A stretch of 64,000 nt of DNA from Candidatus Wolfebacteria bacterium GW2011_GWA1_44_24. Lineage in GTDB: Bacteria; Patescibacteriota; Minisyncoccia; UBA6257; UBA9933. Under the pieces are notes generated by a model that ran no database searches, was not told where the DNA came from, and saw nothing but the letters and a program-made list of their open reading frames with translations. The stretch lies in contig LCIO01000001.1 of the NCBI GenBank assembly GCA_001001115.1, positions 6,426 to 70,425 of the forward strand, written 5' to 3'. Position 1 is the stretch's first letter. Every line of letters starts with the position of its first letter. This document shows positions 24,660 through 34,295 of the stretch, in pieces. The position numbers and the translations under genes were made by a program.

Positions 24660-27023
24660 CTATCCCCTTAATCTCTTCAAGATTTCGTCTTCTACTTCCT
24701 GGCGAGAACGGCCGTATTTGAGACGGCTTATTTCTTTTATTTTTTCCGCTTGCTCTTCGCTTCCTTTTTCCGGCATCAAAGTTTTAATGTTAAACGGCTT
24801 TGAAGTCTGGCCGTTAATGAGTATTTTCGCGTAAGCGTTAAAATTATCGATGTTCACTAAATCATTTTCATCAAAAACCGGCTCGAATTGTTTTACTAAA
24901 AATTCCGCGTCCGGCGCGCCGACCCGAAAAGCGATAATTGAGCCGACATTGCCGAAAACCGCATCGCGGATTTTTTCAACTAACTGAGCGATGAATTGAT
25001 GGGCCATTGTCATATTCAGCCGGTATTTTCTGGCTTCGGACAGAATCACGGCGATTGATTCGGTGGTGAAATTATGAAATTCGTCAATGTAAAGATTGAA
25101 ATCGCGGCGTTTCTCCTCTTGGGGAATGTCAGCGCGCGATAAAGCCGCCATTAAAATTTTTCCGGCGATTATCATTCCCAATAAATTGGCGTTAATATCC
25201 CCTATTCTGCCCTTTGAAAGATTTACCAATAAAATTTTTCCTTCGTCCATAATCCGGCGGAAATTAAAAGCGGATTTTGGCTGACCGATAATCGGCCGCA
25301 TGTAGTCATTGGCCGTAAAATTATTGAATTTAGAAGTGATATAAGGCGCCATATTCACCAAAGAATGTTCGCCAGTGGCTTTAAGAGCTTCTTTTTCCCA
25401 AAAATCAATAACTACCGGATTGGCGATGCGAGACAGTTTCCGATTACGGAATTCGGGGTCGGTGAAAATTCGCGGGATTTCCATTAGCGTCGCCGGTTCG
25501 TTTAGGGCGTCTTCCATCAAAAGCAGAATCGCGTTTTTGGTGTACTGTTCAAACATCGGACCGCCGACGGTTTTCATGTCGTAAAGTTTATCCAATATAT
25601 TGAACATTTCATTGACGATGAAAGTTTTTTGCTCCGGCTTGTTAAAATCGTATTCCAGCATATTCATTCCCAATGGATGCCAGATATCCGAAGGGTCGAA
25701 AATAATTACATCATCGGCGCGTTCTTTCGGAATCAATTCTAAAATTTTTTCTATTAATCCGCCGTGCGGGTCGATAATGGAAACTCCTTTACCGGCTTTA
25801 ATGTCTCCGATAACCATATTGGTCATCAAAGTCGATTTGCCGGTGCCGGTTTGACCAATAATATAAATATGGCGTCGGCGATCGTCTTCGGTAATATAAA
25901 CCGGTTTTCGCTCGAACCTGAAAATATTTTCGCCAATCAAAACTCCATCTTTCGGCAAATTTACGGGCGGCGCAGCTTCTTTGGATTTAAGCCATTTAAT
26001 TTTCGGCACTTCGCTGGTTAAGGTCGGCAAATGGAAAATGCTTGCCAATTCTTCGGTGTTCAGAATTATCGTTTGAGAATCGTCAAATTCCCTGAAAGAA
26101 AATTGGTACGCGAGTTTTTGTGGGTTTTTGGGTTTAATAATTTTAAATTCTTGCCGTTTTGGCGCGCTGAATTGGATAAAAGCGCCGGCAATGCTTTCTA
26201 AAATAGCGTCGGCTTGGTATTGACTGGGAGCGGATACTAAAATTCTGACATTGACGGACAGCAGGGGCTTGGAAATTTTCGACTCCAAGGATTTAACAGC
26301 TTCTTCATCGACGATTTTTTCTTTTTTCTCTTTTTTCCCCGGGCTCAAAGCTTCTTTAATGTCTTTTAATTTAATCGCCGCACTTTCCAAAATATCTTCA
26401 AATTCCACTCCCTTTTTAAGATTATTGATATATTGAAGGATGTTTTTTTTGGCTGACTGCGGAGCGGGTTTTGCCAAAATTTGGATTGCCGCGCCTTCGC
26501 CAACTTCGCTGATTTTTGAAAGTCCGCTTAAAATTTGAGAAAAAGTGTCTATTTCGGCTTCTTGATAAGTTCTTAACGGCAAAGCGTAAGAAGTTTTTTG
26601 TTTCAGATAAACGGCGGAAACGACGCTTGACGAACCAAAGATATTGTAATCTTCAACCGGTTCAATTTTGGCTTCTTTCCACAATCCTTCGATTTGCCGG
26701 CCGATGAATTCTGTCGATTCTTTGGGAACCGCCGCGTAAAAATGAATTTCCTCGCCGACGTTATGAACAGCGGCTTCAAAGCAAAAAGGAGATTTTAAGC
26801 CCGATAAAATTCCAAAAAGCTGGCTGGAATAGTTAATTTCGTTTTTCCAACCGGCTCCGCTTTCAATTGAGGATTCTTTTTGACGTTTTTGCGGCAAACG
26901 GATTAAAAACAATCTCAAACCGAGAGATTGAGCTAAATGTTTTCGCCTTGAATTCCTGAAAATAAAAAATAAGACGATTGAACCAATGATAAAAAAATTC
27001 GCGGCTAAAAAATAAATAATCAT
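24660..27023 (-). CDS. membrane-anchored FtsK/HerA-superfamily ATPase, VirD4/TraD (type IV coupling protein)-like
   Basis: N-terminal TM helix, ~350-aa unknown domain, Walker A IIGQTGTGKST, Walker B NLYIDEFHNF, C-terminal IIAFRVGAPDAE region typical of T4CP-like DNA-binding ATPases. Confidence 0.65.
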   Translation of the reverse strand: MIIYFLAANFFIIGSIVLFFIFRNSRRKHLAQSLGLRLFLIRLPQKRQKESSIESGAGWKNEINYSSQLFGILSGLKSPFCFEAAVHNVGEEIHFYAAVPKESTEFIGRQIEGLWKEAKIEPVEDYNIFGSSSVVSAVYLKQKTSYALPLRTYQEAEIDTFSQILSGLSKISEVGEGAAIQILAKPAPQSAKKNILQYINNLKKGVEFEDILESAAIKLKDIKEALSPGKKEKKEKIVDEEAVKSLESKISKPLLSVNVRILVSAPSQYQADAILESIAGAFIQFSAPKRQEFKIIKPKNPQKLAYQFSFREFDDSQTIILNTEELASIFHLPTLTSEVPKIKWLKSKEAAPPVNLPKDGVLIGENIFRFERKPVYITEDDRRRHIYIIGQTGTGKSTLMTNMVIGDIKAGKGVSIIDPHGGLIEKILELIPKERADDVIIFDPSDIWHPLGMNMLEYDFNKPEQKTFIVNEMFNILDKLYDMKTVGGPMFEQYTKNAILLLMEDALNEPATLMEIPRIFTDPEFRNRKLSRIANPVVIDFWEKEALKATGEHSLVNMAPYITSKFNNFTANDYMRPIIGQPKSAFNFRRIMDEGKILLVNLSKGRIGDINANLLGMIIAGKILMAALSRADIPQEEKRRDFNLYIDEFHNFTTESIAVILSEARKYRLNMTMAHQFIAQLVEKIRDAVFGNVGSIIAFRVGAPDAEFLVKQFEPVFDENDLVNIDNFNAYAKILINGQTSKPFNIKTLMPEKGSEEQAEKIKEISRLKYGRSRQEVEDEILKRLRG

Positions 27024-27029
27024 CAGCGT

Positions 27030-27419
27030 TTATATTATTTTTCTCTTTTTTAATTCGTCGTACAGTTTATCGGTCAAAACATCGTGAAAAGCGTCTAAAA
27101 CAAACGGGCTGGCTCTTTTAGCCCGCTGGATAACTTTTCCAATTCCCTGGTGGAACGTTAAATCAATCAATTGTTCCACCTGTAATCTTGTTTCCGCCGG
27201 CAGATCCTTTAAATAATCCGGTAAAATAGATTTTCCCGGCAGTTCAGTTGATTGAACGGCGTTTTTAATTAATGACGTAAGACTTCTTTTGATTAATTCC
27301 CTTTCCGGCAGTTCTTTGTGTTCCGGCAGATTCCGTTTTTCGGCGATTTCCTTGCTTAATCTTTCAATATCGGCTTCCAAAACGTTATGTTCCAAATTTT
27401 GAGAAATTATGTCCGGCAT
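27030..27419 (-). CDS. hypothetical 129-aa protein, probably co-translated with the ATPase
   Basis: ORF ending 6 nt upstream of the ATPase start. Helical, charged. No family recognised. Confidence 0.5.
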   Translation of the reverse strand: MPDIISQNLEHNVLEADIERLSKEIAEKRNLPEHKELPERELIKRSLTSLIKNAVQSTELPGKSILPDYLKDLPAETRLQVEQLIDLTFHQGIGKVIQRAKRASPFVLDAFHDVLTDKLYDELKKRKII

Positions 27420-27434
27420 GTTAAAGTAAATTCA

Positions 27435-28991
27435 ATGAATAAATTAAAATTATTAGCCGCCGACAATTGGCTCTTGATTGTTGTTTTAATTATAGCCGCT
27501 TTTTTCCGGTTCCACAACATAACTCAATTGCCACCGGGGCTTTATCCAGATGAAGCAATGAACGGCAATAATGCGTTAGAAGCGATTTCTACCGGAAATT
27601 TTAAATTATTTTATCCGGAAAACGGTGGCCGCGAAGGATTATTTATAAACATTCAAGCGCTTTCTGTTTATATTTTCGGAAATGAGCCATGGGCATTGAG
27701 AAGCGTTAGCGCGATATTCGGGATTTTAACTGTTTTAGGAGTGTATTTGCTTGCCTTGGAAATATTCCAAAATAATAAAAAAATCGCCTTACTTTCTTCT
27801 TTTTTGATTGCCACGAGTTTTTGGCACATTAATTTTTCCAGAATAGGATTTAGGGCGATTATGGCGCCATTTTTTTTGATATTTGCGTTTTATTTTCTTT
27901 TAAAATCAGTGAGATTTTTGAAAGAAAAATATTTTGCCGTGAACGGCGCGAGCGAATGGAAAATTTTCTCAATTGCTTCTTTGGCGGGATTATTTTATGG
28001 TTTCGGTTTTCATTCTTATATCGCTTATCGCGTCACGCCGCTTTTGCTCATTGCTGGTTTTGCCTACCGACTTTTTTATTTCAAAGAATTAAGAAAAGAA
28101 ATCATAAAAATTCTCGCGGTTTTTGTTTTATTTTCGTTTTTGGCCTTCTTGCCGTTGGGAATTTATTTTTTAAAACATCCGGCGGATTTCTTCGGTCGCA
28201 CGACCCAGATTTCCGTTTTCAACTCACCGACCATTCTTAAAGATTTAACTGTTAATATATTAAAAACCACCGGGATGTTTAATTTTTCCGGCGATTTTAA
28301 TTGGCGGCATAATTATGCCGGCAGGCCGGAGTTATTTTGGCCCGTCGGAATTTTATTTTTAATCGGAATTATTTTTGGAATTTCTATTTTATTAAAGCAT
28401 AAAAATAAACAAGATTACGCGCCGGGAGACGAACAAGTTTTTACTCATTATAAAAAATTTTCTTTTTTTATGTTTTTCCTGTGGATTATAATTGCCGCTT
28501 TGCCGATAGTTGTTTCAAATGAAGGTCTACCTCACGCCTTACGCGCGATTTTAATGATTCCCCCGATTTTTATATTGGCGGGCGCCGGCGGAATTTGGCT
28601 GTATGAATTTATAAAAAATAAATTACAGGGCGCGTTAGCTAAAAAAATATTCAATATTTTTTCTTTTATTTTTCTGATTTTACTTGTTTTTGAAGCGTAT
28701 AATACTTATTTTAATTTGTGGGGAAAAAATCAAAATGTGCAAGGCGCTTTTGCGGCGGATTATGTTCAAATCGGTCGAGAGCTCCGGAATTTGCCGAAAG
28801 AATTGCCGAAATACGTTGTTGTTGAAGCCGGTGGTTTTGATGTCAGAGGCCTGCCGATGTCGGCTCAAACCGTAATGTTCATTACCGACACTTTCACACC
28901 GGAAAAACAAAAAGGAAAAAATATTTTTTATGTTTTACCGAAAGAAATTAATCAGATTCCCCAAAACGCTTATACGGTTAATTTAAAGTAA
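27435..28991 (+). CDS. GT-C fold glycosyltransferase (family 39 / ArnT-PMT-like)
   Basis: Polytopic membrane protein with the first-loop motif LYPDEAMNG. The start is taken at the ATG of MNKLKLL (27435), because the track extension overlaps the divergent gene. Confidence 0.75.
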   Translation: MNKLKLLAADNWLLIVVLIIAAFFRFHNITQLPPGLYPDEAMNGNNALEAISTGNFKLFYPENGGREGLFINIQALSVYIFGNEPWALRSVSAIFGILTVLGVYLLALEIFQNNKKIALLSSFLIATSFWHINFSRIGFRAIMAPFFLIFAFYFLLKSVRFLKEKYFAVNGASEWKIFSIASLAGLFYGFGFHSYIAYRVTPLLLIAGFAYRLFYFKELRKEIIKILAVFVLFSFLAFLPLGIYFLKHPADFFGRTTQISVFNSPTILKDLTVNILKTTGMFNFSGDFNWRHNYAGRPELFWPVGILFLIGIIFGISILLKHKNKQDYAPGDEQVFTHYKKFSFFMFFLWIIIAALPIVVSNEGLPHALRAILMIPPIFILAGAGGIWLYEFIKNKLQGALAKKIFNIFSFIFLILLVFEAYNTYFNLWGKNQNVQGAFAADYVQIGRELRNLPKELPKYVVVEAGGFDVRGLPMSAQTVMFITDTFTPEKQKGKNIFYVLPKEINQIPQNAYTVNLK

Positions 28992-28993
28992 AA

Positions 28994-30406
28994 TTAAATT
29001 GTCTGCGCAATCAGAAGGTTAGTTCCTCCTGATTTTCCAAAAGGAATGCCAGCGGTTATGACGATTTTATCGCCCTTCCCCGCCATTTTATATTTTACGG
29101 AAAGTTTTTTGGCTTCGCTGATAACACTTGATAATCCGTCAAATTTTTTCATTAATCGCGGATGGCAGCCAAAATTCAGAGCTAATTGGCTGAAAGTTTT
29201 CCGGTTTGAAGTCAAAGCTAAAATCGGTTGTTGAGGACGATAGCGGGAAATCATTTTAGAAGTGAAACCGCTTTCCGTTAAAGCGACAATCGCTTTTGCG
29301 CCAATATTATGCGCGACATTGACAACGGCAAAACTGATGGAATCGGCGACATTTTTTTCTTTCAGGCGGTGGCGGTTTAAAATTTCTTCATAATTTAATT
29401 TTTTTTCGGTATAACCGACAATGCGGGCCATTGTTTCAACGGCTTTGACAGGATATCGGCCGAGAGTCGTTTCTTCAGAAAGCATCACTGCGTCCGCGCC
29501 GTCCAAAACAGCGTTGGCAATATCATTGACTTCAGCTCTAGTGGGCAAAGAATTTCTAATCATTGATTCCAGCATTTGAGTGGCAATTATCACCGGCTTG
29601 CCGGTAGCATTGGATTTTTTAATAATCATTTTTTGCAAAATCGGTACCTGTTCCATCGGGACTTCCACAGCCAAATCGCCGCGAGCCACCAAAACAGCGT
29701 CAGCAGCTTCAATAATGCCGTCTATATTTTTAATGGCGTCCTGAATTTCTATTTTGGCGATTATTTTGATGTTCGCGTTGTGTTTTTTGATTATATTCTT
29801 AAGTTCCAAAATATCTTTGGCGCTTTTTACAAAAGAAATCGCCATAAAATCGACTTTGTGTTTGATGCCGAAAAGCGCGTCTTTTTTGTCTTTCGTTGTC
29901 AAAGAACCGATACTCAACGAAGCGCCGGGAAAATTAACACCCCTCCTCCCTTTAATTTCTCCGCCGATAATAATACGGCAATGGATATCGTTGCCACTGA
30001 TTTTTTCCGTCAATAATTCATTTTTCCCGTCATTGAGCATTATTTTCGCGCCTTTTTTGATTTCTTTCGGCAAACGGTTGTAATTAATAAAAACTTTTTT
30101 CTCGTTGCCGACGCATTTTTTGGTTGTTAACGTAAAAATCTGGCCCTCTTTCAAAACAATGCTTTCTTTATAAAAATCCCCTATTCTGATTTTCGGGCCG
30201 CAAAGGTCCTGAAGAACAGCAATCGGTTTTTCAAATTTTTTTCCGGCTTCGCGGGCAAGTTTTATTCTTTTTAAATGTTCGCCGTAATTGCCGTGCGAAA
30301 AATTAAGCCGGATAACATTCATTCCGGCTTTTATCATTTTCTCCATCGTTTTCTGATTTTCACTAACTGGGCCAATAGTGGCGACTATTTTTGTTTTTTT
30401 AAACAT
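28994..30406 (-). CDS. pyk: pyruvate kinase
   Basis: KIVATIGP, MNVIRLNFSHG, ARGDLAVEVP, ATQMLESM motifs. 470 aa. Confidence 0.92.
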   Translation of the reverse strand: MFKKTKIVATIGPVSENQKTMEKMIKAGMNVIRLNFSHGNYGEHLKRIKLAREAGKKFEKPIAVLQDLCGPKIRIGDFYKESIVLKEGQIFTLTTKKCVGNEKKVFINYNRLPKEIKKGAKIMLNDGKNELLTEKISGNDIHCRIIIGGEIKGRRGVNFPGASLSIGSLTTKDKKDALFGIKHKVDFMAISFVKSAKDILELKNIIKKHNANIKIIAKIEIQDAIKNIDGIIEAADAVLVARGDLAVEVPMEQVPILQKMIIKKSNATGKPVIIATQMLESMIRNSLPTRAEVNDIANAVLDGADAVMLSEETTLGRYPVKAVETMARIVGYTEKKLNYEEILNRHRLKEKNVADSISFAVVNVAHNIGAKAIVALTESGFTSKMISRYRPQQPILALTSNRKTFSQLALNFGCHPRLMKKFDGLSSVISEAKKLSVKYKMAGKGDKIVITAGIPFGKSGGTNLLIAQTI

Positions 30407-30466
30407 ACTTCGAATTATCCAGCTTAAGGGTATTTAAATTGTTTTTCAAGGTTTTTAAAAATTTCA

Positions 30467-31474
30467 TTATCCGTGTCTAACAACCATCACATCCCCATCT
30501 TGAACCTCATATTCTTTGCCCTCTAAGCGCAACCAGCTTTTTTGTTTGGCGGAATTCCACGAGCTGGCTTCCAATAATTTTTGCCAATTGATGACTTCCG
30601 CACGGATGAATTTTTTCTCGAAATCGCTGTGGATTTCACCCGCGGCTTGAGGCGCTTTTAAGTTTTTTTTGATTGTCCAGGCGCGCGTTTCATCTTCGCC
30701 GGTGGTGAAAAAACTTATTAAACCCAAAATCTCATACGCTTTTTTAATAAGTTCATCTATATCTCGCGCGTTTGCCAAATCAATCACTAGATAATCGGCA
30801 TTCAAATATTTTATTTTTTCTTTCAATATATCGCTAACATCGGTTTCTCTGCCGTTCAAGAGATATATTTGGCGTTTTGATGTGAGTAAATTCAATTCTT
30901 TGACAATCGGCTGGCCGGTTATTTCTTCTCCCGAATTCATAGCTAAAGCATTCCTTTCCAGCCCTTCTTTGATTTTTTTTAAAATCTCCAAATCTTTGAT
31001 TTTTTGCTTGTCACCGGTTCTGGCTTCACCATCCAATTTAGATAATCTCTTTTCAACGGTTTCCAAATCTTTCAGAATAAGTTCGGTATTTATAATCTCC
31101 AAATCTCTTATTGGGTCTATTTTTTGTTCAACATGAATAATTTCTTCGTTTTCAAATACTCTGACAACTTCAACAATCGCGTTTACTTCGCGGATATGTG
31201 ACAAAAATTGATTTCCCAATCCTTCGCCTTTATTGGCGCCTTTGACTAATCCGGCGATATCGTAAAATTCCACGACTGCGGGAATGGTTTTTTTCGAATT
31301 ACTTAATTTGGTTAATTTTTCCAGCCGTTCATCCGGCACCGCCACCACGCCCACATTTGGGTCAATTGTGGCAAAAGGATAATTGGCGATATTAACTTCC
31401 TGTTTGGTTAAAATTTTAAAAAGAGTGGATTTGCCGACATTGGGCAAACCGACAATTCCAATGGATAGTTTCAT
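30467..31474 (-). CDS. ychF: redox-regulated ATPase YchF (Obg-family, TGS domain)
   Basis: GIVGLPNVGKSTLF G1, DIAGLVKGA, C-terminal TGS-like region. Shorter than typical at 335 aa. Confidence 0.85.
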   Translation of the reverse strand: MKLSIGIVGLPNVGKSTLFKILTKQEVNIANYPFATIDPNVGVVAVPDERLEKLTKLSNSKKTIPAVVEFYDIAGLVKGANKGEGLGNQFLSHIREVNAIVEVVRVFENEEIIHVEQKIDPIRDLEIINTELILKDLETVEKRLSKLDGEARTGDKQKIKDLEILKKIKEGLERNALAMNSGEEITGQPIVKELNLLTSKRQIYLLNGRETDVSDILKEKIKYLNADYLVIDLANARDIDELIKKAYEILGLISFFTTGEDETRAWTIKKNLKAPQAAGEIHSDFEKKFIRAEVINWQKLLEASSWNSAKQKSWLRLEGKEYEVQDGDVMVVRHG

Positions 31475-31511
31475 GTTTCTATTTTTATTTATTTGCGTTA
31501 AAATATCAACA

Positions 31512-31946
31512 ATGGCGGAACGGATTAATTTTGAATCTCAAAAAGAAAATTTTTTGTCGTCTCTCCCCGAAGAATTAAGGGAACGATGGGAAGACGCTTC
31601 CCTGGAAGATATTGAGAAAGTGATTGAAACCAGAAAAGAACTGGGGTATGAAATAATAAAAGGATATCATGTATCCGATAAAGATTTGCCGGTTGGTTCT
31701 TATTTAATCCCCGGCCCCGAGGCAGAAGGAAAATTATTTTACAGCGAAGACATTAAAAATTTATACGGCCGGCATGGAGGCGGTTTTATTTATATCATTG
31801 AGGGAGGGCCGGATAATCTCGCTATCGATAAAAATCTTGGCTGGAAAGTTTATAAAGGAAAGGCGAAAATCGTGGATAAGATTCCGATTATTTCCAAAAA
31901 TCTTGAAAAGCTTGGCGCTCAATTCGCCAAATGCGAATATCGCTGA
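31512..31946 (+). CDS. hypothetical 144-aa protein
   Basis: Internal ATG of the track ORF, which avoids overlap with ychF. TAAAAT lies 7 nt upstream. No family recognised. Confidence 0.45.
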   Translation: MAERINFESQKENFLSSLPEELRERWEDASLEDIEKVIETRKELGYEIIKGYHVSDKDLPVGSYLIPGPEAEGKLFYSEDIKNLYGRHGGGFIYIIEGGPDNLAIDKNLGWKVYKGKAKIVDKIPIISKNLEKLGAQFAKCEYR

Positions 31947-31966
31947 TGGGTCTGTCGGCAGGCGGG

Positions 31967-32290
31967 TTAATATTTTCCCAATCCGGTTTTTAATTCTTTT
32001 ATTATTTCTTCCGGCAGCGGTTCGCCCGGTTTGGTCCTACCCGGATAACGCCACGCGGAAATTATTTTTCGACGGGTTTTGGCCTCCTGAATCATCACCC
32101 AGAGTTCGTGCTGATTTTTATTGCCAAACGGCTGCATTATGGCGATTGTTTTTGGCGCAATTCCTTCTTCTATTCTTTTCGGCAAATTCAAAATCCTCTT
32201 TATTCTTTGTTCCGACAATCTATAAAAACGCATTTTCCCGCGTGCGTGATTGGTCCAGAACAATGTTTTTGGTTTTTTAATGAATTTCAT
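31967..32290 (-). CDS. small DUF4258-like protein (putative toxin-fold), tentative
   Basis: WTNHARGKMRFYRLSEQRIKRIL resembles the H-x(3)-R-M-x(2)-R-x-I motif of DUF4258-type toxins. 107 aa. Confidence 0.35.
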   Translation of the reverse strand: MKFIKKPKTLFWTNHARGKMRFYRLSEQRIKRILNLPKRIEEGIAPKTIAIMQPFGNKNQHELWVMIQEAKTRRKIISAWRYPGRTKPGEPLPEEIIKELKTGLGKY

Positions 32291-32310
32291 TGTATAATTA
32301 TATCATAAGA

Positions 32311-34125
32311 ATGTCCAAATCTTCCTCTATAATTCAATACGGACTTTTGGGGCTAATTGTCGCCGCGGCTTTTATTTTAATGTTCAATGCTTCGCTGAAA
32401 GAATCGGCGACAATGGACGAATTAGCCCATATTCCTTCCGGCTATGGTTATGTCAAATATCTTGATTATCGCCTGAATCCCGAACATCCGCCGCTGATAA
32501 AAGCGCTCGCCGCTTTCCCGCTGCTTTTTCAAAAATTGAATTTTCCGGTTCAAAATCGTTATTGGCAAAAAGATGTCAATGGGCAATGGGCTGTTGGCGC
32601 GCAATTTTTGTATGAATCGGGAAATAACGCCGATGAAATAATTCAATGGTCGCGGCTCGGACCCATGCTTTTGACGCTGTTACTCGCGATTTTTATTTAT
32701 ATCTGGTCAAAAGAGTTGATTGGCCGCTGGTGGGCGTTTCTGCCGACGTTTTTATTCGTCTTTTCTCCAACGGTTTTGGCTCACGGCCACTATGTTACCA
32801 CCGATATCGGCGCGGCTTTAGGTATTTTTATCGCTCTTTATTACTTTATCAAATTCTTATTTAAAAATTCGCGGAGAAATCTTATTTTAGCGGGGTTGGC
32901 ATTTGGCGTTGCCCAACTGATGAAATTTTCAGCTGTTTTGCTTATCCCTTTTTTCGTATTTCTCCTCACAGTTTTTTATATTTCCAAAGTTTATCACGAT
33001 TGGAACGAGACCGCGCCAAAGGCGCGATTAAAGCGATTTTCTTTCCGCGCCGTCCGCTATGTCAAAAATTTATTTCTTATTTTTTTAATCGGTTATCTTT
33101 TGGTTTATGCCGCTTATTTCGTTTTTACCATTAATTATCCGATTGAAAAACAAAAATCCGATACGGAATTTATTTTAAGTTCTTTCAGTGTTGAACAGCT
33201 GGCGGAAATTAATGTTTGGATGAGCGGCAATAAAATTTTAAGGCCTTTTGCCGAATACCTGCTCGGAGTTTTAATGGTGGCGCAACGTTCCGGCGGCGGC
33301 AATACCGGTTATTTTATGGGAGAAGTCTCCGCCAGCGGCTGGTGGTATTATTTCCCCGCAGTCTTTATTTTAAAAGAGCCCCTTCCATCGTTAATTCTAA
33401 TAGGATTGGCTCTTTTATTGAGCATTTGGCAAATCTTAAAATCTAAAAGCTATAAGCTAAAAGCCGTTATTAATTATCTCGGTCTTCATTTTGCCGAATT
33501 TTCAATGATTTCTTTTGTGGTTTTTTACTGGGCTTACAGCATAAAAAGCCCGCTGAATATCGGTATTCGCCATATTTTACCGACAATTCCTTTCATTTAT
33601 ATTCTTATCGCTTCAGCGTTCAAAAAATGGATAAACAGCGGCGCGACGGTTATAAAAAGTTTGCTGGTCGCCGTTTTGATAATTTGGTATGTTGGAGAAA
33701 CTATCTTTGTTGCCCCTAATTATCTTTCTTATTTTAATGAAATCGGCGGAGGGACTAAAAACGGCTATCAATATGTCGTTGATTCCAATTATGACTGGGG
33801 ACAAGACCTTAAAAGATTAAAAGATTGGACAGATAAAAACTTGCCTGCCGGCAGACAAATTGCGGTTGATTATTTCGGCGGCGGCAATCCTAAATATTAT
33901 TTAGGAGATAAAGTCGAATATTGGCAGTCAGCTAAAGGCAACCCGAAATACGAGGGCATCGATTGGTTTGCAATATCAATAAATAATTTACAAGGCGCTT
34001 TGGGACAACTTCACCCGGGTCAATCGCGCAATCCGGAAGATGAATATGGATGGCTTAAAGAATTTCGCAACCCATATCAACCGGATGCTAAAGCCGGAAC
34101 GTCAATATTTATTTATAAATTATAA
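32311..34125 (+). CDS. GT-C fold glycosyltransferase (family 39 / PMT_2-like)
   Basis: Polytopic membrane protein, first-loop TMDELAHIPSGYGY motif, soluble C-terminal domain. The track start is TTG, so ATG 32311 is used. Confidence 0.75.
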   Translation: MSKSSSIIQYGLLGLIVAAAFILMFNASLKESATMDELAHIPSGYGYVKYLDYRLNPEHPPLIKALAAFPLLFQKLNFPVQNRYWQKDVNGQWAVGAQFLYESGNNADEIIQWSRLGPMLLTLLLAIFIYIWSKELIGRWWAFLPTFLFVFSPTVLAHGHYVTTDIGAALGIFIALYYFIKFLFKNSRRNLILAGLAFGVAQLMKFSAVLLIPFFVFLLTVFYISKVYHDWNETAPKARLKRFSFRAVRYVKNLFLIFLIGYLLVYAAYFVFTINYPIEKQKSDTEFILSSFSVEQLAEINVWMSGNKILRPFAEYLLGVLMVAQRSGGGNTGYFMGEVSASGWWYYFPAVFILKEPLPSLILIGLALLLSIWQILKSKSYKLKAVINYLGLHFAEFSMISFVVFYWAYSIKSPLNIGIRHILPTIPFIYILIASAFKKWINSGATVIKSLLVAVLIIWYVGETIFVAPNYLSYFNEIGGGTKNGYQYVVDSNYDWGQDLKRLKDWTDKNLPAGRQIAVDYFGGGNPKYYLGDKVEYWQSAKGNPKYEGIDWFAISINNLQGALGQLHPGQSRNPEDEYGWLKEFRNPYQPDAKAGTSIFIYKL

Positions 34126-34143
34126 AGAATTTGTTATTTAGAC

Positions 34144-34244
34144 GTAAGAATTCATGGCGTTGTTTACATTTTCCAGCAGATTGCCTTTCAGAACCAGAAT
34201 ATTTTTGTTCCAGCGACAAAAATTTCTTCCCCCTCGGCGCGCTG
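34144..34244. repeat. intergenic repeat, copy B
   Basis: Homologous to 19206-19312. The hairpin at 34196-34227 preserves pairing through a C-G to T-A double change relative to copy A. Confidence 0.7.
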
Positions 34245-34295
34245 GCTCCGACTATTGATATATCTGCAACGCTAGGAAATCTTATAGTTTAGAAT

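Noticed and set aside
24568-24834. 88-aa plus-strand ORF
   Set aside because: It starts antisense within tRNA-Thr and runs antisense into the 3' end of the VirD4-like ATPase gene. It is a shadow ORF.
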